NCBI GenBank assembly: GCA_016748015.1 | Contig: JAAOMT010000603.1 | Coordinates: 29,008-93,007 of the forward strand | Source: Geosiphon pyriformis uo1 | Lineage: Eukaryota; Fungi; Glomeromycota | Length of the DNA stretch: 64,000 bases | Reading direction: 5' to 3' | Shown: positions 42,437-56,300 of the stretch, piece after piece | Numbering within the stretch: position 1 is the first letter of the stretch | Layout: every line of letters begins with the position of its first letter | The notes under the pieces: model-generated | What the model was told of the DNA's origin: nothing | Seen by the model: only the letters and a program-made list of their open reading frames with translations | Databases searched by the model: none | Program-made: the position numbers and the translations under genes

Positions 42437-45260
42437 ACTTTAGATATCTTAATTAGAACAAATTACCTTTTATACATCTCAAATAAAAATTAAATATTCG
42501 AAAATCAAATCTTTTAAATTATTATACTTAAAATTCTCTTAACACAACTAACATTTTGAAATTGATTAGCTACCAATTTTATTAATTTGTTAGTAACTCC
42601 AGGTTTGAATAGAAAACGTTTTTCTTGACACAATTCTATTTCTTTTATATTTTTTATATTTTTTCTTTCTTTTCTTATTATAATCATTAGAGTAGTCTAC
42701 AAATAAGATTTCTGTAGAAGAATTGACTTTCACAGCAAAGTAACTACACATTTTTAGTAAGTTTCCAGATGAGCAATTTCTGAAAAAGAGTTGATATTTA
42801 CTATAATGTAATTATATAAAGTAACTGGCACAGAATTGGCCATTCTACTTATAAGTCTAACAGTTCAAATTATAGAAGATAATTTGAAGATAAATTCAGT
42901 TATTAGAGGTTCAACTGCTTCCAAAAAATGTGAAATTAACAACAGACAAACATTAACAACATTTAAAAAAAGAGACCAAAAACTTCTAATAACACTGGAA
43001 ATTCAAACTCTAATTGTTCTAACTTAGCAAAACCCAAATTATTTAAACTCAGTTTCTATTGTTTCTCAGAACTTACTTTCAGTAATCATGATTAATCTTC
43101 CACCCATTGCACTAATAGTCGTTTATCAACAACAACTACAACCTCAACCACTATCACTACCACAACTAATAGTTTATATACCAATTGCCAAAATCAAAAA
43201 ATTCACTGGCAAAGAGGATGACACCCAAACATAGTTAAACAATGTCACCAAAGCAATTGCAGCCAATAATTGGGATAATGCCAGAGCCCTTTAAACAATT
43301 CCATATTTTTTCTAAGATATAGTTAATTTATGGTATCAAAATTTTGCAAACAAACTCCAAGACTTTAACACATTCAAAATTGTGTTTTTACAATATTTTA
43401 ATAATTATAACAGTATCAATTGTTTAGTTACTAGTTTTACTACTATTAAGCAAAAAAATACTGAAGCAGTCACTACTTATTTGAAACATTTCTACAGAAA
43501 TCTGTGTCAGATTCAGACAATTAAAGCTAAATATTTCACAATACCACAGATCTTAAATCAATTTATCTAAGGCTTATACAACAGTTTATTGCAACAAGTA
43601 TGTCTAATACACCCAAATACACTTCAAGTTACAGTCAATTACACCAGAGACTTTAAATCAGCTGAATTAAAAACCAACTATGCCCAAGCTATAAATCTAA
43701 TAATAAATAAATCATCTGAATTGGATTCTAAACTGAGACAATTCAGTAAGTCAATTAACCAGAAATTAGAAGAATACTTAGCTAACAACAACAATCAAGC
43801 AATCTATCAGCCACCACAATGTCATGAAAAGCAGAGAAACACAAATTGATTCCAGAATCAATTGTGTCTATTATTAGTAACAAATCAATCATGACAATCA
43901 GAGATGTGTGTTTGCTACAATTGTGAAAAACAAGGCCATGTAAAAATAAATTGCCACACCAGAGTCAATAATCAACAATCAAAAAACCAGTATCGAAATC
44001 CTAATTGGCAATTTCAAACTCCAAATTATTTCCCAAATTAAAATCAATATCAATTCTATTATGCACCAATAATGCAACAACCAATATATACACCTTCAAT
44101 CTATCAAACCCCAGTTCTAATTATTTATCAACCACAGCCACAAGTGATTTATCAAACCCAACCTATTTCAATACTACCATAAAACTCAACTCAAATGTTA
44201 TCTAGAAACCAAAAACCAAGAATTACACATACATAGCAAAACTAGAAATTGGTAATAATAATATACCAACCAATCCCCAGTTTATCAAATCAGTCATCAG
44301 GATTCTGCCAGTAAAGTTCAGATACTGGATACAACCAAAACCAAAATTTCCAGAACTATTTAAGTTTTCTGGTTATTTCAGAAGACACCCAATTCAACAA
44401 ACCAGAAACTAATCAGAAACAAACACTTACCAACAATATTTTACTAACAACTATCACAGAAAATGAATCTTTTGTCACAATATTTTTTTTGAAATAGAAA
44501 CTTTATTAAAAACATCATTATTCAGTGAAGTCATTCTAAATACCAAATTCATCACCATGATATATACTGATGCCAAAGTTAATGGCCAGTCAATTAAACT
44601 GATCTTCAATAGTGAATCAGTAGGTAGCATTATTACATGACAGTTTATGGACCAATTAGGTTACTGAGTTGATTGTGCTGCCAGTGCAAAAATTATCACA
44701 GCTAATAAAGTGACTAAAACCTTTATTGGTGAGATTAATAACTTTCTATTTGAAGTCAATGATATTATTGTATCCATAAAAGTTCTTATTATAGAAACCA
44801 TACAGTACTAAGCTCTTGTTGATAATAACTGGCTATTCAAAACCAACATCATGTTTGACTGGAATACTCAGGAATTACAACTAAGTCAGAATAGTTAGAA
44901 CATTCAAGTACCAGCCATTTGTGGTTATTTCAAGACCACTATCAATGAACAGCCACTAATCAAATTTGAAAAAAAAGAAAAAAAACCTATCTGAGAAACA
45001 TATTAGATATTATAGACTGAAGAAAAACACAATGAATTACTACCAGTACCTACCTGAAAAAAAAAGACAAACTCCAAGCAATCACCACTATATATATACT
45101 ATACACCACTACTACTCAACCACAGCCAAACTATTATTGACCCAAATTAATTTGCATCAATTGTGACAAAAAATTGTCAACAATAAACATATGCTGTAGT
45201 AATAATAAGAAATGGCCTACAGCAACAAAATACTACTATTAACTATGCATTCTTGAATAT

Positions 45261-46660
45261 TGTTACTAGTGGTTTTTGTCATTATTTGCAAATATTTCTT
45301 AGCTCAACTGGTAACACACATTACTATGATTATGCCATTGACTATAGCATATTATGGGTGTATGGACTATTTCAGTAAGTGAGAAAGCAGAAAGGGGTAT
45401 GTAATAATGTTATTAAAAGCAAAAGAAAGTATTGTCATTATTATTTGTTTTTGGGCAAGAACCAGTCTTAGGTATTTGAAAAGAGGAAGAAGAAGTCACA
45501 TCTCTCTATATGTATCAAAAATGCAATCAGCAACAAGGAGAAACCAAAACTACTTAAGAAAATTGTAACCAGAATTCTTTTAATTAGTCATCGAAAGGAT
45601 GTGGTATTCAAATGCCCACTTTGAAAATGAAGTTATAGGAATTATAAAGATTGTAAGAATAAAACATAACTGAAATAGATTTGACTTTTTATTGTTGAAA
45701 CCACTCTCTAACAACATGGTATTTTATTACTTATTTTTATATTTAACAACTTGTTTGGTGAAACAAGACTTAATGTGAAATAATGTTAACACATGATTTG
45801 GAAGATCAAAAGTAATAGAAAGCTTGATAATAGTATTAACAAATAGATAAGAAGTTATAATTAACATGATTCTAAATGATAATAAGGAATATGAGAAGAC
45901 ATATTTGAGATTGTGATAACAAGTATTTAGAGCATAGAAAAAGGAACAAAAAGTGTAAGAGTAGAGGAGAGGACTAACTGCTTACTATAAAACTATAATG
46001 AAGAGTTGGCTCAGTATTGAACTGATGCTTTCCTGAGCTAACAGAAAGGCTGTATATATAGCTAAATTACATCAAATTTACATACTATATTAAGACTATT
46101 TAAGATACATCAATTATTTATATATTTTAATTTAATCAATTCATGCTAAGCTTTATTTAGCATGTTATTTTCTCAGAGCTAGTAATTTTTAGATGATCAG
46201 ATTTAGATGGCTGGATCTAGAACATTAATTGTCAATCAATAATACCAATTGTGATTATGATCAACATAATCAGAAGTAGATCAATTGATTACATTTCTTG
46301 GTAACTACTTTTAACTATTGATCACAGATCTGGAATGTTAGATTGTTCTAATAAGGACATATAAGAATTTTGGAGCATAACAAAATCTGTTGTTATCTGA
46401 TTACATGTGTAATTATTTATTTCTATTGGTGTTTCTTAGTTTGTCAAGATTTCTTTGTATCTAACTTAGTTAAACTGTTGAATTGTGCCATATTTCTTTG
46501 TTGTAATTGGATTGATTGTTGATCATTTATTTTCAGATTGCCAGCTGATTTTGTTGATTAAGTGCAATGATATAGGTCTTTTTCACATGATTTTGATGTT
46601 AATTTCCATTGTATGTGTTGTAATTTTTGCATTGAAAAGTGTGAAAATCTTCCAGTAACA
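45261..46660. mobile_element. 1.4-kb LTR-like insertion (probable solo LTR of another family) in pol of element E
   Basis: TGTTACTAG...CCAGTAACA termini; TSD ATAT/ACAT; host Cys-rich frame (LCILE|.F..KQQDKWDNKPC) resumes; no second copy in the window. Confidence 0.8.
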
Positions 46661-49600
46661 ACATTTTAGATGACTAAAACAACAAGATAAATGGGACAAT
46701 AAGCCTTGTTTTGCATGTAGAACAATTTTTCTTGACAAAGAAATGTAGAATAACATTCCTAAACAAGAAAAAATGTGTGATGAAATATATTAGTACACAA
46801 TTTTAATCAACAATTAGATATAAAAAGAGACTCCAATTGACAATGCCTGAAAACAAACACTATGATGTCTAGAAAAATATCCCCATAACAAACATGAGAT
46901 CTGAAGGATGACAAGTGTCAAGATCAAAGATGTTTTTTGTAGTAAACTGCTAAAAATTAAGAATAATTTACTTACACTATCCAAATCAGAATATATTTTC
47001 ACTTTTAACATCTTTGATAACATTGAAGATAATCCCAAGTACTTTTATGAACACTATCAAAATCTGGCATCTACATAAAAAAAGCAAGAATAGCACTTAA
47101 AAAAATTAAACACTTAACTATGTAACTATTATTTAATTTTATGTAACTTCTAATATTGTAATAATTGTGATCTTATTTATAATCCACTATTATGCATAAT
47201 CTACACAATTTTAGAAAAAAAAAAACCAATTAGCAGCTATAAAATAGAATTGGAATTACCACTTAATTGTAATCCAAATTTCAACAATAATAACAATTCC
47301 AGCTTTGTTTAATATGACAATAACAACAGCAAAGATTCAAATTCTAATTCAAACTCAAAACAATATATCATGCTTTCTGATCTTTCAAAGAAACAAAAAC
47401 TCAAATGGTTCAGCAATAATAATAAAAGTATTATGCCAAAACATGTACATAATACTGATGCAGGATTTGATCTTAGATATTTCAAAAAAAATATTATTAA
47501 ATTGGAACCACATTTATGCATCTGTATTAATCTAAAAGTAGTACTGAAAATCTCACCATCTAGAAGTAGTTTAGCAAAAAAAAAAATCAATATAAGAAGA
47601 GGAATAATTAACACAGAATATGTAAGAAATATTATTACAATACTACAAAATGACTCAAAAAAGGCTTATATTATTAAGCCAAATAAAAAAATAGCACAGA
47701 CAATATTTTTACTTTTGGTTAAAATAGCTCAGCTAATATCAGTAAGAAATAGAGAGGAATTAAAAATAACAACAAAAGGAATAAGTGGATTTGAATTCAC
47801 AAGTAAGATAGATATATTAGTTAATATGGCAGAGAAAAAAGTTATTGACAAGAGAGAAATTATCTCTATCTGTTAATCAATTTTCATTTCACTATATAAC
47901 CAGTATTTAATAGTTATAAAAAAAAGTGAAAGATTAACTCCAAATTTTTAAAGTGGAAACCACTATTTGCAAATTAGGAAAGATTGCTATTACTAATCTT
48001 TATATACCAACTAAAAGTCACAAACACATTAAAATTCTCATCTACAATACAATTGGAGACTCCATTGAAATACCAAAGAAAACTACTATTGAATACTTAA
48101 GCACTAAAGTTGAAAACCAACTACCAAGCACTATTTCAGATTTTTTACAACTATGTGGATATATGAATATTACATTACAAACAATATATGGACAAGAAGA
48201 ATATTATTTGTTTCAACCAAAACAATTAAAACAAATGAACTTGGGAAACTTAGACCTATTTTAATATATGTAACTCAAAATGTTACTTAACAACTTCACT
48301 GACATCTTTGTTAATGAAAACAAATTTGGCAGGATTGATATTATACAGCATTAGATCAAGATTAGAGATATAATGCCAATTAAACAAAGAACATACAGAG
48401 TACCACTAGCAAGCCATGAAATTATTCAACAAAAAATCAACCAGATATTAGACAATAGGTTAATTTAACTATTAATGAGTTCATAGTTATTACCAATAAT
48501 ACTAGTCTAAAACAAAAATAAAAAAATCTGCTTTTGTGTGGATTATAGAAAATTCAATAGTGTTACTTATGGATATAGCTATCCAACTCTATGAATACAA
48601 AAATTATTTGATGCTTTTGAAGAAAAAAAATGGTTCTCCACATTAGATTTAGATAATGGTTACTGACAAGTAGCTATGAATTCAGCCAATAAAAAAAAAA
48701 CTGCATTTACTACTAGAGAGAGAAATTTCAAATTTGATGTCATGCCATTTGGCTTGATAAATATGCCAGCTATTTTTTAATGGCTGATAGAAATTGTTTA
48801 TACTGGACTACTATGAAAATCAGTAGTAATATACTTAGATAATACCAATGTGTTTTCAAAAACATTTAATAATTATCTTTATCATCTCCAACAAATGTTT
48901 GAAAGATTAAGAAGAGCTAAATTGAAACTGAATGCAAACAAGTGCTTTTTTGGCAAAACAGAACTGAAATTTTTAAGACATGTTATAAGCAAAGATGGAA
49001 TCAAAATAAATCCAAACAAGATAAAGATCATTAAAAACTTTTTAGTACTGTTACCGGAGGTTTTTGGTCTCTTTTCTTGAATGTTGTTAATGTTAATTTG
49101 CTGTGAATTCATGTTTTCAGGAAGTAGTTGGACCTCCAGTAACTGAATTTATTTTCAAATTATCTCTTATAATTTGAACTGCTGGGCTTATAAGTGGAAT
49201 GACCAATTCTTTGTCAGTTATTTTATGTAGTTATGTTGTAGTAAATGTCAACTCTTTCCCAGGAATTGCTTGTCTGAAAGCTCACTAAAAATGTGTAGTT
49301 ACTTTGCTGTAAAAGTCAACTCTTCTACAGGAATCTTGTCTGTAGGCTACCCTAATAATTATGATAAGAAAAGAAAGAAAAATAAAAAAAATGTAAAAAA
49401 AATAGGAATTTTATCAAGGAAAACGTTTTCTATCCAAGTCTGGAGTTACTAATAGTTTATTGAAATTGGTAGCTAATCAATTTCAAAATGTTAATTGTGT
49501 TAAGGGAATTTCAAGTATAATAATCAAAGAATTTAGTTTTCGAATATTTAATTTTTTATTTAATATGTGTAAAAAGTGATTTGTTTTAATTAAAATATCT

Positions 49601-50347
49601 AAAATAGGATACTATGGTAAGATACTATGAGAAGATATATTTTTTTAAAGAAAGAAACTCTTCTTTTATACAACTTGTTGTAATACTAATCTTTGAACTT
49701 GCACTTTTTTTTTTGCTATAATTTAGGTGAACTAAAGATACATTTCGGCAAATTACAAGTTATTTCACTAAACTATTGATTATTTCGGCCAATTTTCATT
49801 AATTTTGGCGAATTTTGACTATGTTAAATGGTTCAAAATATTGTGTAATTTGATCATCTTAATTTCTAGAGTACAAATCAGATTATTGATTAAGTAATGA
49901 TATTTGATAATTTGATTAAATAATAAGTGATAATTGAAATAATAATAATATATGCTAATTAATAATAGGAATTATGAGGGTAATTTCGTGTTAATTAATA
50001 GCTAGAATTTTACTGGTAACATAATCTCCTTCTCAAGACTGAGCTCTATTGAAGTTCAAGTACTATCTGTAATGTTAAGATAGTGGTCCAAGATAATTGA
50101 AGTAATCTGGTCTGAAAATTGTTGAAATTTCAGTTCTGTAAGCTTTCTAATATATTGAATCTTCATTGGGTGAAGTATTGGATTTTGTAGGACGTTTTCA
50201 CAAGTGTTGAATAAATCATAGAGTCTAAATGCTGCTCTAAGTTTGTAGTAAGTGTTTGTTGATCCAGCTGTTGTCTTAAATTCATTGTGAATTTGTTTTT
50301 GTATAGTCTCAGGAGTAATGTTGGTTGCTTTAAGTTCTAGTTTTCGT

Positions 50348-53300
50348 TGTTACTGGAGGTTTTTGGTCCCTTCTTAGCTCTTGTATGTTTGTTGTAATGC
50401 TATTAATTTGTGACTATAAGAAGTGTTTGAACTTCCGATAACTGAATTTTTATCCTTTCGAATTATCTTTTATAATTCAAATTGCTGGGCCTATAGTAGA
50501 ATGACCAATTCTGTGCCAGTTACTTATATAATTACGTTGTAGTAAATGTCAACTCTTTTCCAGGAATTGCTTGTTTGGAAGCTCACTAAAAATGTGTAGT
50601 TACTTTGTTGTGAAAGTCAACTTTTTTACAGGAATCTTATCTGTAGGCTACCCTAATGATTATGATAATAGAAAGAAGAAAAATAAAAAAAATGTAAAAG
50701 AAATAGGATTTTATTAAGGGAAATGTTTTCTATCCAGGCCTGGAGTCATTAACAGTTTACTGAAATTGGTAGCTAATCAATTTTGAAATGTTAGTTGGGT
50801 TTTGGAAATTTTCCAAGTACAATAATTAAAGAATTTGGTTTTTTCAAATTATTTGATATTTATTTCTTTTTGTGTATATAGGAACGGTTTTAAGAGATAA
50901 ATCTAAAGTAAGATATATTTTTTTAAAGAGAAAAGCTCTTCTTTTATACAACTTGTTGTAACACTATTTTATGAATTTGAACTTTGCTCTTTTCTACAAT
51001 TTCGCTGAACTAAAGATACATTTTAGCAAACTACAAGTTATTTCTGTGAACTATTAAATATTTTGGTGAACTATTAATTATTTTGGGAAATTTCTACAAA
51101 TTTTGGTAAACTCTTAAATGTTACATAGTTCGGGGTATTGCATGATTGATTATTGCAATTAGATTACATTTATGTTATGTACAAATTGGGTTATTAATTA
51201 AATGATAATTTCGGATATTTTGCTAAATGTAATAAGTGATAATTTGAAATACTAATTAATAATAAGAATTATAAGGGTAATTTCAGCTAAGCAATATCTC
51301 TAATTTTGTCTGGTAACATAACCTCTTCCTTAAAACTGAGCTTCATTGAAGTCCAAGTACTGTCTGTAATTTCCAGATAGTAATCCAAGATTATTAAAGA
51401 AATTTGGTCTGAAAATCTTTGAAATTCCAGTTCTGTGAGCTTTCCAATGTATTGAATCTTCAAGGGTTGTAAAATTGGGTTTTGTAAAACGTTTTCACAG
51501 GTGTAAAATAGGTCATAAAGTCTAAGAGCAGCTTTTAGTTTATAATGACTGTTTGTAGGTCCAGCTGTTGTCTTGAATTTATTGTGGAGTTGTTTCCAAA
51601 TAGCTTTTTTTGTGAGGTTTGCTGCTGTAAGCTCCCATTTTTGTTTGTGGGGTGTTTTTCCAATGTAGAAATATTTATATATTAGAGTATAGTCATAGTT
51701 TTCTTCATTAAGACACAATTGAAGTTTTTGTTGAATAGTGGCATTTGGTGGAATATTAATAGGAGTGAGCATTAAGTTTTCTCTTAAAGCAAGCTTTAAA
51801 AGTTCTGGCAGGTGAATTCCAGAATAATTTCTTGTGTTCTTCTTATACAGGTAATATTTTTGTAAATTTGGGGCTAAATTTGTAACTACTTCTGTTTGGA
51901 TATAATTAATGTGGTTTCCAGTAACAGTAATAGATAATTCGGATATTGTTTTTAAGGCTAACATTAGTTTTTGGGATAATTGTTGAATGTTTTGAAAAAT
52001 AGTCATTATAAAAGATTTGAAAATAAAAGAAAATTATTTTTGGTGTATGGGTTTTTATGTTATTTTTGCTTTGTTTTTTGTGAGATTGTTTCTAAATTAT
52101 AAGGAGATAACTATAATAATAAATTTAAGTTAATTGTTCAAGTTGGAAGGTTGTTCAATGACAACTATTGGTTCTAAATTTTGGGGAATATCTTCGAAAT
52201 TGATTAAAAGGGAATGTGTACCAATTTGTGGAATTAATAGTTCAGGATTGTTTCTGGAATTATAGTATTTCAAACAATCTCTATGTGCAACTTTTGCTAA
52301 GATTTTGTTATTAAGTCTTAGCTTATATGATTTGTTGCCTAGGATTTCATGGATAAAAAATGGTCCATTCCATTTATTTTCAAATTTTCCACTCCATTGT
52401 TTTTCAGCTTTAGTTCTGTGTAAGAGAACTTTGTTTCCGATTTTAAATTCATTGGTAGCTGGAGGCAATTTGTCATCATGCCATTCTTTTTGTTGAGCTT
52501 AGGAGTGTTTAATATGAGTGGTTGCTATTCGTTATTTTTCTTCCAACATGCTAAGCAAAGTGTAGGCTCTTCATTATAGTGTTTCCTGAAAGTTGTCTTT
52601 ATTAATTGGTTGTACTAGATATGTTTCTATTGTGAAACTAATTGGTAACATTGCTGTCTTTTTGTAGGTTAAATCAAATAGTGTGTGTTTTGTGATATCT
52701 TGTTTTAGTGTTCTATATACTAGTAACACTGATGGAATAAAAATATCTCATTCTTGCTCAAAATTGGTTGAGACTTTGGCTAATAATTCACACAGTGTCC
52801 TATTGAAATGTTCTACAAGTCCATTTGTTTGTGGATGGTAGGACAAAGATAATGGTCACTTGACATTAAATTGTTTACAAATTTCCTAGACTAAATTGTT
52901 CATAAAATGTGTTTCTTGATCAGATAAAAGTTTTATTGGACATCTATGTCTACAAATAATGTCTTCGTAGATAAAGTTTGCTACTGATTTTGTATCTGCT
53001 TGTTGAATGGCTCTGGCTTTAGGCCATTTGGTGAGATAGTCTACAGCTACTGCAATATAATGGTTTCCTTGGTTTGTGATAGGTAGTGGTTCGACTAAAT
53101 CAATACCAACTTGGTCAAAAAGCTGTCTAACTTTGATTGGGTTTAAAAGTTCTATAGGGTGAGTTCCTTCTCTTTTTTGACAACTATTACAAGACTTAAC
53201 ATATTTATGAATGTTTTTTCTCATTCGAGGCCAAAAGTAATATTTTAGTGTTCTCTGGGTGATGCTGTTTTTTCCTAGGTGTGCTGATGAAGAGTCTGAG

Positions 53301-56300
53301 TGCATGTTATATAAAATGGTTTTTTTTTCATGTTCTTGTATTAATCTGAGTGAATTTTCTGGGTTTCTGAAGTTTAGATAATAAATCATGTTGTTGTGTA
53401 AGAGGTATTGTTTGGCTTGTTGTTGTAACTGATGTTTTTCATCTGGGAACCAATCTGTTGGGATTGTTAATGTTTCCAAATATTGTTTAAGATTGTTGTA
53501 GTTTTCGGGGTTCATTGTTTGTCATTCTTTTTTTTTTGTTGCTGTTAATTCAAATGGGTGTTGGTTTTGTGTTCTAATTTTGCCTCATTCTTGAGAGACA
53601 ATCAACATTGGTGTGAAGTTTTCCTGGTTTATGGTGTATAATGTATTGGTAGTTGGCTAAAAATTCTGTCCATCAGATTTGTTTGGCATTCAGCTGAGTA
53701 TTTTTGTTTTGAAGCCATTTGAGTCCAATATTATCAGTAATAATATCGAATTTTTTTGGCCAGAGATAAAGATTGAAATGATGTAGGGCCCAAATTACAG
53801 CTGCTGTTTTCAATTCAGTAGCAGGATAATTCTTTTTGGCTGGTTTTAATGTTCTGCTGGCATAAGCAATTACTTGCTCATTTCCATAATCATCTAATTG
53901 TGACAAAATGGCACCAAAAGCAGTGTAAAAAGCATCTGTGGCTAGTTAAAATTGGTTACTAAAATCTGAGTAGGCAAGAATTGGAACTGTTGTCAGCTTT
54001 TTCTTGAGAATTTCAAAAGCTTTTTGGTGTTCAGTAGTCCATTTATATTCAATGTTTTTGGTGGTAAGCTAGTTGAGAGGTTTTGCAATTTCTGAGAATC
54101 TTTTGATAAACTTCTGATAGTAGGATGCTAATCTGATGAATCCTCTTAGTTCTGTGATATTTCGAGAAGTTTTGAAATTTTTGACAATACTTATTTTTCC
54201 TGGATTAGGTTTGATTCTATCTTTACTAACAATGTGACCAAGAAAGACCAAACTTGTTTTTCCAAAGTAGCATTTTTTAATGTTCAGTTTCAATCCTGCT
54301 TTCCGTAATCATTGAAAAACTTTTTGCAGATGTTTTAAGTGTAATTCAAAAGATGGTAAATAAATATCAGTATCATTAAGATAGACAACTACTGATTTCC
54401 AAAGGAGACTTTTGTAAACAACATCCATGAGTCTTTGGAATGTTGCTAATACATTGCATAATCCAAAAGGCATTACGTTGAACTTATAATTTCCTTCTTG
54501 AGTGGTAAATGCTGTTTTGGGCAATCTTTGGGATTCATGACAACTTTCTAGTATTCACTCTCTAGATCTAATGTCAAAAAGTATTTGAACTTCTCAAGGA
54601 CATCTAACATGTCATCAATTCGGGGAAAAGGGTAGACATCTCTAATGATGACACTGTTGAGTTGTCAATAATCAACACAAAATCATATCTTTCCATTTTT
54701 CTTTTTAACTAAGACCACAGGTAAAGCCCATGGACTCATTGATAGTTGAATAAGCCCATTGTTAAGCATCTATTGCACTTCTTTTTGAATAAATTGGTGA
54801 CTTTCTGGAGCAACTCAGTAGGTTTGTTGTTGCCTTGGTTTGGCATCTCCTGTATAGATTTGGTGTTGAACCAAATCGGTTCTTCCCAAGTCATTGTTGT
54901 TTTCGGCAAAGATATCGGCAAATTCTGCAATTAGTTCTTTGAGCTGGTTCTGTTGTTGTGGTTTAAGTTGTCCTATGTTGATTTGAGATAGTTTTTCCAT
55001 GACAACATAGTAGTTTTCAAAGCTGGGGTTTGGACTGATTTTTGGTAGTGAATGTCTAATAATCTCTGAGAAATTGAGAACTGTCTGGGGTAGTTCTTGT
55101 TAAAAGATATTACTGTGAATGACTCCAATCTCTAAGTTATTTAATAAAACTATGGAATAATTATTGGAATTGTAAAAAGTAACTCGGACTTTCTTTGTTT
55201 CTTCTGGAATATAAATGTTTGGAATCAAGATATTATATTCCAAGCAGATTTGTTCATTGGACTCAAAAATTTGTTGTGTGGTCATTGGCTTTGAGCAGGT
55301 GTAGATTTCCAGATGTTCTTCAAAGGGTGAAATAGTAATTGGTTATAGAAGTTGTAGAATCTGGTAAGATTCATTTTGTTCATTAAAAGCTATGTTTACT
55401 GGAACTGTAAATCATCCAATTGAACCAAAACTTTTGGTTTCTCTTTCACTTTTTCCCAATTGTTCTCTTTGACTGACTAATTGTAAACCCAAAATGTTGA
55501 TTAAGAGTAAAGAAATAGCTTGAGCAATTTTTTTAGCATGTTCAATCTGAAAAGATTTATTGGTTTCATTTTGTAACATGATTGTAATGTTTTCTGTATA
55601 TCCAACATCTATGATTCCTCTTCTAACATTGATTCCTTTGCTCGTCAATAATAATTATGAAGCAATTTGGACTATTGCTCCTAGTGGGATTTTGAGGGCA
55701 ATTTTGAGGTTGATCTTGGTAAGGGAATTTGGTTAAAGAACCAAAGTGTCTTTTCCTGGATATTATAGATTGTATCCAGCATCAATTTCATGTGCTTTTT
55801 CAGGCTTTATTCCTTGTCCATTGTTGTTGAAGTATTTGAGCTGTAAAGCAGGCTGACTTTTGATAAGATAGACAGGTGTCATTTCAATTTCTTCTGTTGC
55901 TTTAGGTTCACCAAATTCAATTTCATATTCATCACTTTCACTGAGTAATGGAATACTAAGGGCATAACATTCAAGACACCATTGTTCATCACAAGGCATT
56001 ATGTATTCTTCACATAATTTAATGTTCATTTGCTCTAATCATTGAATTTAAGCTTCTTGGGTTGGGTAGGTGTGACTTGCAATTTGGTGGTAGACTTCTA
56101 CTTTATCTTTGTAATCAAATCCAGCTAATTTCATGGTGTATTCAATGTATTTTGCTTCCTTCATTTGACAGACATTTTCTTTGGTAACTCCATTAATTAA
56201 TGCCATTGCTAGGTCGAAAATCATCTCAGCATCATGAGGGTAGTGATAAAGTTTGTTGAGAGCACTGTTGTATGCTGCATCAAAAGGTGTTTCTCTTTTG

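Larger units (their letters stand above)
31695..42994 (+). mobile_element. Solo LTR, family A, split by element D (31695-31989 and 42251-42994), inserted in gag of element E
   Basis: TGTTAC start and ATAACA end; the two halves are colinear with 25948-26918; TSD CCAG/CTGG; host frame ISENP|EIQT rejoins. Confidence 0.9.
30160..49048 (+). mobile_element. Ty3/Gypsy element E, heavily decayed; 5' LTR ~30160-30916, PBS at 30919, gag-pol in three pieces (to 31694; 42999-45260; 46665-49048); 3' part expected beyond the window
   Basis: GTAATA-TT-TGGTGCTCTCTG LTR end and PBS; gag IAKIKKFTGKEDD; CCHC CYNCEKQGHVKINC; protease-like LIFNSESVGS; dUTPase HNTDAGFDLRY; RT MPFGL and IYLDNT. The left LTR boundary is approximate. 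Confidence 0.82.

Noticed and set aside
51287-52006. ORF3 as a retroviral env gene
   Set aside because: Too short, with no visible signal peptide, furin site or transmembrane helix.
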